A stretch of 64,000 nt of DNA, from IMG/VR virus record IMGVR_UViG_3300046501_000246, one strand, 5' to 3'. Made by a program: the position numbers and the translations under genes. Below are positions 7,733 to 17,550 of this stretch, one piece after another. A model generated the notes under the pieces. The model was not told where the DNA came from. It did not search any database and saw only the letters and a list, made by a program, of their open reading frames with translations. How positions within the stretch are numbered: position 1 is the first letter of the stretch; the number at the start of each line of letters is the position of its first letter. The DNA is from a virus.

Positions 7733-10700
7733 TATGCTGTTACCGTAAGTGAGACAAAATAATCTTTAATATCGATGCCACGAGTTTGACGAAGGATACA
7801 TCCAACGGTCGAACCGTTAGTGACTACAGCCGAACCACGTGCGATATCGCCGTTTGAGTTGACGTAGATAGCTCCACCAGTATAAGCCGTTGGCGCTGTA
7901 GCTGAGTTAAGTAGAACGCGAGTCTCGTTGTTTAAGAGAGCGGGCTGATCAACAATAACGGCGTCTAGCGCAGTGCTGGTAGCTGATAAAGTTCCTGTAG
8001 CCGTTAAGACTGACATAGGAGTTGCTAAGTCACCAGTTCTGGCGATAGGAGTAGACGTTGCATAAGTATCATCATATGCAAGGTTAGTTACTGTGCCATC
8101 TGTAACAACGATGTGGATACGATCTACACGGCTGATCAAACAACCCATGTCGGCGGTCTGGATAACATAGCTAGGACCCGTTGCACCATCGATCCAACGG
8201 CAGTCATAACCCAAATGCTCGGACCAATTAGCTAGCTGAACAACGGGACGGTGACGACGCCATTGATATGAGCGAGTAATTGTTGCACCCGGAAACTGAG
8301 CCAAGATCGCAGATGTATCAAACTCAGTATCTGTGCCGTCAAGTGATTGACCAACGGCGCGAGTTCCAGTGACCACGGCGCGCGTAACAATCGGAGGAGG
8401 AGCAACAACTACGCCCTTGTAGATAAAGTGATCGGACCAAGTGAAGCTCTGCATCGTACCAGCAGTTGGTACATTAGTATCAGTACGTCTCAAAGTGGTT
8501 GTGACGTTGTGGAACACAATACCTCTGAAAATACCTGAAGTAGGTCTGTCAATGCTGATGCCGTTGGCACACTTCCAAATCAATTCGTCATGAACCGCGA
8601 TATCGGCACGATAAGGCTTACCAACGTAACCAGAAACAGAAATACCAGAATAAGAGTGGGCTCTGTTAATGTCGTACCAAGTGTTGTCGTAAATTTCGTG
8701 ACTCAGTGAGCCGCCTTGGTTATCGTAACCACCAATACCGTAACCAAATGAGTAGCTATTCATTTTGGCATGAGTACATTTATTACGGCAGAATACGTGG
8801 AAGTCACCTTCGTCTGTACCCTTTACGAAGTTATTACCGTCTAGTTTATTGTCATGACTATAGACATAGCTCGCCATGTTCGTAACGAGGCAACCCTTAC
8901 CTGAGCTAGTTTTAACGCTAGCCATGTCGAGGAAACAGCCGCGTGCGATGAAACCACGGTTTTTAGTCGTGAAACGATCTTCACGTAACTGAACCGCGTC
9001 ACCTTCGGGAGAGAAGACTGGCTTGGTGTTAACCGTATCTAGAATTACTCTATCTGTGTTATCTAGGTAAATACCATCGGACCAAACACGATCTAGTGTA
9101 ACTCTACGAAGTGTAATGTCGTTACCGTTTTGGAAGAACAAGCCTTGTGAGTTTTCATTCTTCGCGACATAGCCGCAAGGATCGAAGAAGCAATCTTCGA
9201 TGAGCCAGTTGCTACCCTGACGCTGCTGAAGGCCGCGCTGGTTGCCAGCAATGTTCAGGTTTTTAATCGTAACATTGCTTAGGCCTTGAGTGCCGTCTGT
9301 GTATTGGTCGATACCGAAAGTAACACCAGTGCCAATGGTTGGATAACCACCAGTGCCATAAGCATCATAGGTGCGGCTCGCGCCAACAACTAGAGCAGTG
9401 GCCCAAGACGAACCACGCTTAAGGAGGGCGGAACCACTTGAAGTGATTGAACCAGTTCCGGTTAGATTCTGCTTTGCCGTGTCAGGAGTTTGACCATCGA
9501 AACCATCATTACCACCGGCTAGATCGTAATATGTTGCTGGACCTAAAACAGTTAGTGGAGCAGAATAAGCCGTGGTTGAACCAATGCCGTTTGTTGCTGT
9601 TACGCCGACACGAATTCTCTTACCAACATCGCCAGTGGCGGGAACATAGATAGAAGTGGTTGCGCCAGAGACGTTGGCCCAATCGCCAGCATTTAGCGTA
9701 GCTTCTAACTGAACCTGCATCGCGAAAGTGGTTGGCTGGTGATTCCACGAACCAAGTGTGATGTTGTGAGCCACACCGACTCGCGTCTCAGTCGCTGTGA
9801 TGGCCGGAATAACTAGATTGGCAGGCGCAAGGGTTTGAGCCGTAGAGCCTTCTAGAGTGATACCAGCTGTCGTGACATTGTGTGTAAAGCTCGTGTTTGA
9901 ATAGGTAACTTTGGCAGTAATAGCTTTACCGGCGTGTTCGGCGCGAGACGTAAATTTATTTTTACCAAGTGCAAGACCTGTGTAAGCGCCCCAAGGAACA
10001 TCAATGTAGGACTGGCCAGCAGTGGGATCAACCGTGAAGTTATTAGAACCAGACCCAATGTTTGTCATGGCAAGTCTTATACGAAGGAGATCAGTACTGG
10101 CCCACGCGCCTAAATCGGCAGTCACAGAGGTTGTGATCACACCTGTCGTGGCAGGAATAGCTGCGGTTCCCAATGTGCCGTGAACTAGTTGAACTTCTGA
10201 GCCTTGAACCGTGCCGGCTGAGTCGACTCGTGCCGCATAAATTCTAACGCTCATCTGTGAGTTAGGGCTTGAGCTTTTAATAGTTGCAGAATAAAGCTGC
10301 GGCCCATCGTTCTGACCAGCGGCGGTAGTACCGGGCAAGTAGTAGTAATCACTTTCAGTTGTGAAAGGTGAAACAGAAGAAGCGTTTGTGTTAGAACCAC
10401 CATATGCAGATGTCGAAAATCCTCTGGTATAGTTTTGACCTTGAGGGAGTGTGCCGAAAGCTGCTACGGTCTGAGCATAAAATCTTTTTGGCGATCTAGT
10501 GTCGTTAATTTTAATACCATCAGCTTGCCATTCCCAAGCTGCCTCTTTAGCAAAATTAGTGTAAACACCCGGAACGACTGCAATTTCAGAGCCGATAAGG
10601 TTAGTTCCAGATAATGAAGGGGCTGTGGTTACAGCCGTGTCTAAATAAGCAATAGGTCCGATAGCATTGGCACTAACCCAAGCCGATGTGCCAGCAGTAT

Positions 10701-11304
10701 TAACAGCTGCAACTTGAGCCGTAATATTGTCAAAGTCATCGTCTTCTTGAAGTGTATAAGTGCTTGCGTTCGCGCCGGGGATAAGGTACGAGCCTCTGAG
10801 CCAACGATATAGGAAAGTCGTTGGGTTATTGGCCCAAGTTCCCGGATTAACTGTTAGAGTGCTTCCGACAATGGCTGAACCAGTTGTGACAGGGGCAACA
10901 GTATTGGCGGCAAGGAGGTCCCAATGCCAACCCGTAACGTTTTTAATTAGGAAAGCTGAAGCTGTTACTTTAAGGGTGTGGTCGATACCGCGTGTGCCGA
11001 AAGCTGTGAAATCGTAAGTGAAGTCACCATTGGCATCAGTAACGGCAGTTTTAGCCGCAGCGCCATCGAGTGAAAGGGAAACGTTCTGGCCTTCGACAAG
11101 ATTGCCGGGAGAAAGCAAACGACCTGTAACAACTGGCGTCGTATCTGTTCTGACGAGCAAACTAGCGCCGGTTCCGCCGCCGCTGTTAATGTCGGAGATT
11201 TGAACTTTGTAAGGTACACCATTATCATCTACAAGAAGTAATGATCCTGTAGCGATAGCGTCAACCGGGGCTGGTGGTAAAGTTTCTACTGAAACGCGTG
11301 CCAT
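7732..11304 (-). CDS. 1190-aa tail spike/fibre with Ig-like repeats and a right-handed beta-helix (putative depolymerase)
   Basis: Repeated AP..TG...VGSTL...GTW...PT.F.Y.W modules; central parallel beta-helix repeats (NVTIKNLNI, DITLRRVTL, SDGIYL). Confidence 0.8.
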   Translation of the reverse strand: MARVSVETLPPAPVDAIATGSLLLVDDNGVPYKVQISDINSGGGTGASLLVRTDTTPVVTGRLLSPGNLVEGQNVSLSLDGAAAKTAVTDANGDFTYDFTAFGTRGIDHTLKVTASAFLIKNVTGWHWDLLAANTVAPVTTGSAIVGSTLTVNPGTWANNPTTFLYRWLRGSYLIPGANASTYTLQEDDDFDNITAQVAAVNTAGTSAWVSANAIGPIAYLDTAVTTAPSLSGTNLIGSEIAVVPGVYTNFAKEAAWEWQADGIKINDTRSPKRFYAQTVAAFGTLPQGQNYTRGFSTSAYGGSNTNASSVSPFTTESDYYYLPGTTAAGQNDGPQLYSATIKSSSPNSQMSVRIYAARVDSAGTVQGSEVQLVHGTLGTAAIPATTGVITTSVTADLGAWASTDLLRIRLAMTNIGSGSNNFTVDPTAGQSYIDVPWGAYTGLALGKNKFTSRAEHAGKAITAKVTYSNTSFTHNVTTAGITLEGSTAQTLAPANLVIPAITATETRVGVAHNITLGSWNHQPTTFAMQVQLEATLNAGDWANVSGATTSIYVPATGDVGKRIRVGVTATNGIGSTTAYSAPLTVLGPATYYDLAGGNDGFDGQTPDTAKQNLTGTGSITSSGSALLKRGSSWATALVVGASRTYDAYGTGGYPTIGTGVTFGIDQYTDGTQGLSNVTIKNLNIAGNQRGLQQRQGSNWLIEDCFFDPCGYVAKNENSQGLFFQNGNDITLRRVTLDRVWSDGIYLDNTDRVILDTVNTKPVFSPEGDAVQLREDRFTTKNRGFIARGCFLDMASVKTSSGKGCLVTNMASYVYSHDNKLDGNNFVKGTDEGDFHVFCRNKCTHAKMNSYSFGYGIGGYDNQGGSLSHEIYDNTWYDINRAHSYSGISVSGYVGKPYRADIAVHDELIWKCANGISIDRPTSGIFRGIVFHNVTTTLRRTDTNVPTAGTMQSFTWSDHFIYKGVVVAPPPIVTRAVVTGTRAVGQSLDGTDTEFDTSAILAQFPGATITRSYQWRRHRPVVQLANWSEHLGYDCRWIDGATGPSYVIQTADMGCLISRVDRIHIVVTDGTVTNLAYDDTYATSTPIARTGDLATPMSVLTATGTLSATSTALDAVIVDQPALLNNETRVLLNSATAPTAYTGGAIYVNSNGDIARGSAVVTNGSTVGCILRQTRGIDIKDYFVSLTVTA

Positions 11305-11309
11305 AAGTA

Positions 11310-11798
11310 TTATTGCTCCAAAAAGTCTACTAGTGTGGCGAAAGAAACTCGTCTAGAGCCATCTTCCGTGACAATGAAAGTGTAGCCAGAAATAGTGGCT
11401 GTGGAATTTAATTCATTTAAAAATTTATTTTGTAGGGTGTGGATACCTACATCATCGGCTTCTCTGTCGCCGGAATAACCAACATTATTTAAAGATTCAT
11501 CTAGAAGAAGTAGGGAAAATTCTTCTGTAGGGGTAGGTGAAGTTACTCCACCACCGGGACCGCCATTGCTGCCACCGTCTCCACTATCGCCATCGTCTGG
11601 ATGCCCGCCGCCATCACTTCCACCGCCGCCTGTGCCGCCACCGGGATTTTGCGCCAGCTTCTTTGCTTCGTCTTCAATCTCAGGGTTGCCGATGTAAAAA
11701 TGGACCTTTCCAATAGACCAACGGATTTTACGCCCACTTTTCTTGATAAAAAAGGAGCGTCGTAATCTATTATTTAATGAAGAGCCACGAATCGACAT
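11310..11798 (-). CDS. hypothetical structural-module protein with a Gly/Asp-rich linker
   Basis: Co-oriented, tightly packed between tail genes. Confidence 0.7.
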   Translation of the reverse strand: MSIRGSSLNNRLRRSFFIKKSGRKIRWSIGKVHFYIGNPEIEDEAKKLAQNPGGGTGGGGSDGGGHPDDGDSGDGGSNGGPGGGVTSPTPTEEFSLLLLDESLNNVGYSGDREADDVGIHTLQNKFLNELNSTATISGYTFIVTEDGSRRVSFATLVDFLEQ

Positions 11799-11802
11799 GG
11801 AA

Positions 11803-12063
11803 TTAAACCGTCAAGACTTTAACAATAACTTCTTGGGCGGGACATCTAATGAAGATTTTATCGGTATTGGCAGTGAGTGAGGAGGCGCTGAAATTGTCGT
11901 CAGCATCGATCTGCACGAAATCCTGCGTGTTGTCGGCAGGCGTGTCAGGGCCAATAAAAAGTTCAAGATCGAACTGCTTATTGGCAAAAAGGAAAACTTC
12001 TGTAGTATTGAAAGCTACAAGAACCCAACTATTCGAAACGGTGTAAGCCTTAGAAGCGGCCAT
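11803..12063 (-). CDS. small beta-rich protein (86 aa)
   Basis: SD upstream; similar size and pattern to 6227-6493. Confidence 0.72.
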   Translation of the reverse strand: MAASKAYTVSNSWVLVAFNTTEVFLFANKQFDLELFIGPDTPADNTQDFVQIDADDNFSASSLTANTDKIFIRCPAQEVIVKVLTV

Positions 12064-12098
12064 GATAATAATCCCTAAAATAATGTATTTTGGAGATT

Positions 12099-12127
12099 AA
12101 TATAACATTAAATTTTTAAAAAGTCAA
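12099..12127 (-). promoter_or_regulatory. sigma70-type promoter, tail-module copy 2
   Basis: TTGACT-TTTTAAAAATTTAATGT-TATATT. Confidence 0.78.
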
Positions 12128-12153
12128 GAATTTATTACTTGGTCCAAAACTGC

Positions 12154-13329
12154 TTACACGGCCCACTTCTTCAGGGTTGTGGCAAGGAAGTTTCCAAGAT
12201 CAGTATATTGTGCTTCCATAGGATGATTTGCGTTAAACATCCAACCACGACTGTTCAATGTGACCCAATCTACATATCTGCCGTACTGATCAACCATAGG
12301 TAAATTGTTGGTGGCGGCGAGTTTCCTCAATGCTTCCCTGAACTGTTGTTGAACCTGATCAGTAATGGTATCAATACGTGACGGATTACCAGTCATCAGC
12401 AGTACATCAGCCCCGCCAGCTTTCGCCGCGTTGATAATGGATTGCATTTGAGTCGGATAAGTCGTGTTATAAGTTGTGGGGGAAAGAAGGGCGTTGTTAA
12501 TTGTTAAATCAATTATAACTAAATCAGCATCGGAACAATAAGTAGTCAATGCGTTAAGGGCTGACCAAGGGTTTGCTGTCGAAGTCCAATCTGAAGTCTG
12601 CGACGTACAATTTCCTATATTCCAAATATCAATAGCTTTTACCGTATCGTCCCAAGCTCTAACACCTGTTACGAATGCGTTACCTGAATCTCTCTTGATA
12701 TTGAGGGTATGTGAGCCTGTCGATCCGCAGTCGATAATAGTGCTTCTCAAGGTATTTGTTCCGTTTTGAGAAACAACTGTGTCTGAGCCACCGTCAACGT
12801 TGTAAGCAATCGCGCCGCCAGTCGTGATGATAATATCGATCAGTTCGAATTTAGAAACAGAAATTGGTGGGGTATAACTAAAAACACTGGTGGTATCAGC
12901 TGTGTTGGTAAAGAGGCAACCACCAGCCGTGGTAGAGCCTGACAAGACCCAACCGGCTGACGCTGGATTAAACCCCGGCTTAATCGAGTTTCTATTTTCC
13001 GCAATGGTGACGACTGAGGTTCCTACGCCAGAACTTCCAATTTTATTTTCATTAACGGCTGGAACTCCAATCGCGGTAAAAGAAGCCGCAAGTTTAGCGG
13101 GCCAACCTTTGGGCATGCAGCCAACGCGACTTCCGCCTGAGCCGGAACCTTCACCAAAAGTGGTACTGTCTCCGATGCAAACGATCTTACCGCGCCCCGT
13201 TCCGCTCGTGACGCGAGCCAATGCATCACGTGTTTTGCGAAACTGCGTCGAAGAAAAATTATAAAGCCCCGGCACAAGTGTTGCGCCAGAGCCTACAATT
13301 GCTCTTTTCTTACTTTTACCTAGTGCCAT
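12154..13329 (-). CDS. SGNH/GDSL hydrolase-domain tail-associated protein (start reassigned to MALGK)
   Basis: IVCIGDSTT, IIDLTINN and ANHP blocks. Confidence 0.88.
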   Translation of the reverse strand: MALGKSKKRAIVGSGATLVPGLYNFSSTQFRKTRDALARVTSGTGRGKIVCIGDSTTFGEGSGSGGSRVGCMPKGWPAKLAASFTAIGVPAVNENKIGSSGVGTSVVTIAENRNSIKPGFNPASAGWVLSGSTTAGGCLFTNTADTTSVFSYTPPISVSKFELIDIIITTGGAIAYNVDGGSDTVVSQNGTNTLRSTIIDCGSTGSHTLNIKRDSGNAFVTGVRAWDDTVKAIDIWNIGNCTSQTSDWTSTANPWSALNALTTYCSDADLVIIDLTINNALLSPTTYNTTYPTQMQSIINAAKAGGADVLLMTGNPSRIDTITDQVQQQFREALRKLAATNNLPMVDQYGRYVDWVTLNSRGWMFNANHPMEAQYTDLGNFLATTLKKWAV

Positions 13330-13366
13330 GATACAAAAATACCCCCAAAATCCCAATTTTGAGGGT

Positions 13367-13395
13367 ATATTAGCATTAAATTTTTAAAAAGTCAA
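13367..13395 (-). promoter_or_regulatory. sigma70-type promoter, tail-module copy 3
   Basis: TTGACT-TTTTAAAAATTTAATGC-TAATAT. Confidence 0.78.
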
Positions 13396-14159
13396 GAAAT
13401 ATCGAGTTTTGCCATTTCTTCGCAGATATCATCGCCGGGGATAAGCATTGAAATGCCGGTATATGAACTCATTTGACGAGGTTCAACACCTTTGCTAGGG
13501 TCGTCTGGATCATTGGGGGCAAGGGCATAACCAGCAGGGCCGTTAAGAATTGCATCGTTCAGGCCGATCACTTCACCGTCTACATTGAAGACTGGACCGC
13601 CACTCATGCCGGGGGCAACTGTTAGATCGGTAGGGATAATATCGTAACTAGTAAATTCACTTGAAACTTTATGGCCAGCAACCTTGCCAAATGTTGTGAT
13701 GAACTCTAAGATGGTTGGATTGCCCATCGAGATAATGTCTTGGCCTAATTTAACGGGCTTGCAAGACAGCTTTGATTTTTGTAGATTGGTCTTGTTATTC
13801 ACTGGTTCGAGGAAGGCCATGTCCTTTTCGGGGATTAATTTAACGATTTTGAGGTCTAAAATCGTTCCATCTTCTGTTTTTGCGATGAATTTGGGGGATT
13901 TTGCCCCATTTTCGCCTGCAAAAACGTGATTTACCGATAAAATTAGCCCATTTTCGATAAAAACGCCGCTTCCGTGGCCGATTTCATTATTTTTATCATT
14001 AAGAGCCTCAATTTTCACCACAGAGGCCATCATTTGATCATAATCTGGTGATTTAGGGGCACTATTGAAGTAAGTGAAGCTCGAAAGACCAATAATAGCA
14101 GTCGCCGCAATTAATGCAATTTTAATCATGTTTCTGTTCCCATTTATTTCATTTATCAT
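13392..14159 (-). CDS. trypsin-like (S1/HtrA-type, no PDZ) serine protease with N-terminal signal/anchor
   Basis: GSGVFI...LSVNHV (His), KDMAFL (Asp), APGMSGGPVF (Ser); hydrophobic MIKIALIAATAIIGL, which is the probable start. Confidence 0.9.
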   Translation of the reverse strand: MINEINGNRNMIKIALIAATAIIGLSSFTYFNSAPKSPDYDQMMASVVKIEALNDKNNEIGHGSGVFIENGLILSVNHVFAGENGAKSPKFIAKTEDGTILDLKIVKLIPEKDMAFLEPVNNKTNLQKSKLSCKPVKLGQDIISMGNPTILEFITTFGKVAGHKVSSEFTSYDIIPTDLTVAPGMSGGPVFNVDGEVIGLNDAILNGPAGYALAPNDPDDPSKGVEPRQMSSYTGISMLIPGDDICEEMAKLDIS

Positions 14160-14415
14160 CTCATATAATTAACGAAATGTCAAGATTTAAATTTTGATCC
14201 AAAAATTAAAATGGTAAGGTGTTGAAATTTTTGAACACTAACTTGTAGTGCAAAATTTTTTTGAGGGTAAGGGTATCCTTGGGCCGGGGGGGGTACAAGT
14301 TGGGTTGTATATTTTTGACGCCTGTTGGGCCGGATTCGAGGGGGTAGGGGTATACCCGCCTTGGGTCCCTCTCGATTTTAAATCAATAATAGATTAGAGT
14401 CAACAACAATCGACT

Positions 14416-14610
14416 CTAATCATCGCATCTCGTCTCGACAAGCTCAAGTTTAAATTGTTTTAATGATTTATTTAATTCAGAATCCTTTTTATTTATTTCA
14501 TTCTCTTTCATTATGCATTGCTCATATGTGTATTGACCATACACATGCAACGAATCAACATCGGTTGCAGTGTTGTGCACTAGCACGAAGAGAGTAAGCA
14601 ACTTAATCAT
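14416..14610 (-). CDS. small hypothetical protein with hydrophobic N-terminus
   Basis: Two Cys residues; SD upstream. Confidence 0.6.
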   Translation of the reverse strand: MIKLLTLFVLVHNTATDVDSLHVYGQYTYEQCIMKENEINKKDSELNKSLKQFKLELVETRCDD

Positions 14611-14669
14611 AATCGTTTCCCTTTCTATCCCTAGCCTGCTAGGCCATGCGCCTATGCATGCACCATGTA

Positions 14670-14843
14670 TTAGAACATATTAATGATTGCAGTGTATGCG
14701 GCATGCGCTGCTAGCTTAGCTAGTTCACGTATGATGTAAGGCGCAACGTGATCAGTAGTCATCATGTATGCCAGCCCGCAAGCCATAGCAGTAGCAAAGC
14801 AGTTGCTGATATCGGAGAAGAAATAACCAATCTGTTTACGCAT
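14670..14843 (-). CDS. small hypothetical protein (57 aa, MRKQIGYFF...), not in the ORF track
   Basis: AAGGAGTAAGGCGC-ATG RBS like neighbouring early genes. Confidence 0.6.
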   Translation of the reverse strand: MRKQIGYFFSDISNCFATAMACGLAYMMTTDHVAPYIIRELAKLAAHAAYTAIINMF

Positions 14844-15045
14844 GCGCCTTACTCCTTATGTGTTGTGTATGAATAGACTATATAGAACAATGTAAGATAA
14901 CGCAATACATTATCTTACATCTATTCAATCTATTATATATTCATATATGATACATAGTGCATATCATATATGCATATATGCATGCCATACCATGCACTAG
15001 GTAGGCTAGGCCATGGCCCATATGGAGCATGGCCTAGCGGGGCTG

Positions 15046-15438
15046 CTAACCCTGCCGTTCTAGCTTCTCAGAAAGGGGGTTTATAACCTCTTGCCAGAGC
15101 GATTCCGTGGTCTCAGTCACGGTATAATCAGCAACCACGTCATAGCCATCGTTACCGTAGATCAGGTCAAAGCGGCCCATAGAAACGCCTTCCGCATTGC
15201 GGAGTTGCAACACATCGGAATCGGTTGTGAAAAGAGCGTTCATGATTTCGGAATATTTGGCCGATTTTTTGACCGGCCATGCGCCGCCATCGTAAACGCT
15301 GCAAACTAGGCCGCGTTCCAGCGCAGCTTTGACAAGAGCGCTACAAATAGCACGTTCCATTTTGATCCGGCGCGCCGTAGCTAAATCGCCTTTTGCGCGA
15401 GCTTCATTGATGTATTTCGTGAATTCAGACATTTGCAT
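15046..15438 (-). CDS. early hypothetical protein (130 aa)
   Basis: Own promoter and GAGGAAA RBS; downstream 10-bp hairpin. Confidence 0.75.
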   Translation of the reverse strand: MQMSEFTKYINEARAKGDLATARRIKMERAICSALVKAALERGLVCSVYDGGAWPVKKSAKYSEIMNALFTTDSDVLQLRNAEGVSMGRFDLIYGNDGYDVVADYTVTETTESLWQEVINPLSEKLERQG

Positions 15439-15685
15439 TTCCTCTTGTTTCGATATCTACACAATAACATTTCCTTACATCTTGGCAAGCGGAATCTTTA
15501 AAAATCTCAAAAATAATCGAGCGTCCTGCAAAGCCTTTTAGAGCTTCACAGAACGCGATTCAGTGTTTTGGCTAGGGCAATACCGGTTAAGCCGGTTAAG
15601 CCGTTCCTAGGGCTGCTATAGCGGCCAAATCACGTAAAGAATAAGACATGAACCAATGAATCCATATAGTGCGAACAAGCCGATT

Positions 15686-15925
15686 CTAGCTCCTTTTCGG
15701 TTTCGTTGCGGGAATGGCGATTCTTTGCCCGTTAGCGTATTCACAGAACGCGAAACGCTCCTTAACGTCGTCTAGTTCATCTGAATAGACGATTCTATTG
15801 GAGGGGCTATTGTTGACCTTCTCAGCCATGGCAAAGCAGGAGTCTTGCGGGCCAATGTCAAACCGCGACAGAGTCGCGGTTTGATCGGGTGAATTGAGGA
15901 TGAGAACAAGGATTAGCTTTTCCAT
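15686..15925 (-). CDS. small hypothetical protein with hydrophobic N-terminus
   Basis: Co-oriented early array. Confidence 0.65.
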   Translation of the reverse strand: MEKLILVLILNSPDQTATLSRFDIGPQDSCFAMAEKVNNSPSNRIVYSDELDDVKERFAFCEYANGQRIAIPATKPKRS

Positions 15926-15928
15926 GCA

Positions 15929-16561
15929 TCAAAGACCGCATTCCGAAAAGTGTTCTTGCAAATCGTCCATTTCCGATTTGCTCATGAGTGTGAAAAGAGC
16001 GGCGCGCGTTTCCTTTACCGCGTTGTAAATCCGTTCCGCCTTGCGGCTATCGTCGTCATAGCCATATTCTTCGCACCATGACTCAAAGCTTTCATCCGCG
16101 TTAGACGCGTCCATAATGAGGCATGAAAGCGTGTCAGTAAGAGTTGGTGATTCCGTATGGCCCGCGCCTTGCGAAAACCAAAACTCATGAGAGCGGGAAT
16201 TCCGCGATATGCAGCAAAGGAAATGGCGCGGCATATCCGACATGTTATCATCGCTGCGCTTGGAACGCAACGGGCCATGCGAGAACGTGAATCCCATTGA
16301 TTCCAAGATGAAATCAAGCGTTTCCTCATCGTTCATATCACAGTTTTCATCATAGGCAGGGCAATGATGATATTGAAGGTCTGTCATGTCGCCTTCCTTG
16401 CAAAGCATATCGGTATAGTTGTTCCATTCTTCGCGCAGCATAATTTCATCGTCGGATGGAATTTCAGCCGCTATCATCGCGAAATTCGCATAAGCCGTTG
16501 CATAAGACATAACCATGCTCAAAACTCCTTTGTAAGCATTTATTAAACGCCTTGCTGGCAA
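15929..16561 (-). CDS. acidic early hypothetical protein (start probably MVMSY)
   Basis: AAGGAG RBS; motif DA....FE.WC.EYGYD.DSRKAE.IY. Confidence 0.72.
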   Translation of the reverse strand: MPARRLINAYKGVLSMVMSYATAYANFAMIAAEIPSDDEIMLREEWNNYTDMLCKEGDMTDLQYHHCPAYDENCDMNDEETLDFILESMGFTFSHGPLRSKRSDDNMSDMPRHFLCCISRNSRSHEFWFSQGAGHTESPTLTDTLSCLIMDASNADESFESWCEEYGYDDDSRKAERIYNAVKETRAALFTLMSKSEMDDLQEHFSECGL

Positions 16562-16578
16562 GGCGTCAATATAAAGGC

Positions 16579-16857
16579 TTAATAGACTGCGATGCAGTGA
16601 TTTGCCCTAAGCCAAGTCCCATTTGTCATGGTAACGCCTTCACACTCAATAAGAGCTTCAAAAGCGCTCTTAAAGCCATATTCGTGGCGAATGGCCCACG
16701 AATAATCATGAGACTGAGTGCAGATGAATTCTGCGATGAAATATGCGCCACGATGGAAAACAATGGCCTTGTCAAGAAACTTGGCGTTAGGACGCTTTTC
16801 AGCGATATCGTCAAGAGTGATTTTCTGACCTTTTGGAGCGGTAAAGATATGTGCCAT
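16579..16857 (-). CDS. early hypothetical protein (start reassigned to MAHIF)
   Basis: Downstream of palindromic promoter cassette copy 1. Confidence 0.7.
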   Translation of the reverse strand: MAHIFTAPKGQKITLDDIAEKRPNAKFLDKAIVFHRGAYFIAEFICTQSHDYSWAIRHEYGFKSAFEALIECEGVTMTNGTWLRANHCIAVY

Positions 16858-16873
16858 TTCCGTATTTCCTTTG

Positions 16874-16916
16874 TTGACCATGTAAGGAACTTAAATTCTT
16901 TTCCTTACATGGTCAA
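16874..16916 (-). promoter_or_regulatory. 43-bp palindromic promoter cassette, copy 1
   Basis: TTGACCATGTAAGGAA-N11-TTCCTTACATGGTCAA; minus strand gives TTGACC-N17-TAAGTT. Confidence 0.9.
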
Positions 16917-16930
16917 GCGGTTTTTTAAAA

Positions 16931-17278
16931 TTAAATGCAAGGCTGAATTTCGCGATTTTTCAGGCTTTCACGGAATGCCTTAAGGAGCGGCAAATTGTCT
17001 TTGCCTTCAATGTTCTTTGCCATGAACCAAGTCCAATTTGCGGCGCATTCCTCTTTCGTGTATTTGCCGCATTCCTGCATTTGCTCAGAAAGGAGCGTAA
17101 CCATATGAGTCACGATTCCATGGTCAAGATCATTCTTTTCCTTGCGAAGCTTTCCAGCTTCGATAGGCCAGCAACATAGGTCATGAATTTGCAGCGCAAG
17201 CTCGCCAGATTCGGCCTTAGCTTCGGCAAAGGTATATTCACGACCGCCCAAATAGTTGCAGAAAAATTTGCGTTCCAT
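16931..17278 (-). CDS. early hypothetical protein (start reassigned to MERKF)
   Basis: Downstream of cassette copy 2. Confidence 0.7.
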   Translation of the reverse strand: MERKFFCNYLGGREYTFAEAKAESGELALQIHDLCCWPIEAGKLRKEKNDLDHGIVTHMVTLLSEQMQECGKYTKEECAANWTWFMAKNIEGKDNLPLLKAFRESLKNREIQPCI

Positions 17279-17300
17279 TTCCGTATTCCCTTTAATGCGG

Positions 17301-17343
17301 TTGACCATGTAAGGAAGATAGAATCTTTTCCTTACATGGTCAA
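17301..17343 (-). promoter_or_regulatory. 43-bp palindromic promoter cassette, copy 2
   Basis: Same 16-bp arms; -10 TATCTT at 17-bp spacing. Confidence 0.9.
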
Positions 17344-17550
17344 TAGGCATAAAGCGGAATTTTTAATAATAGCGCTTTTCAACGCCTTCCCGCTTATCAG
17401 CCGCGACAAAGGCGAAAACGTTGCGTCTAGCTGTCTTGTTCCGGCGCGCGTCCTGAATTGCCTTCTTGTTCATTTTGTTCTGCGACATGCTCTTAACTCC
17501 TTTGTTGTAGAGCTATCGCCGTTCCACCATTGGAGCGGCAATGTTGCGGT

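Noticed and set aside
6173-13395. CtrA boxes in the tail promoters
   Set aside because: The TTAA half-sites, where two occur, are 4 bp apart rather than the TTAA-N7-TTAA consensus.
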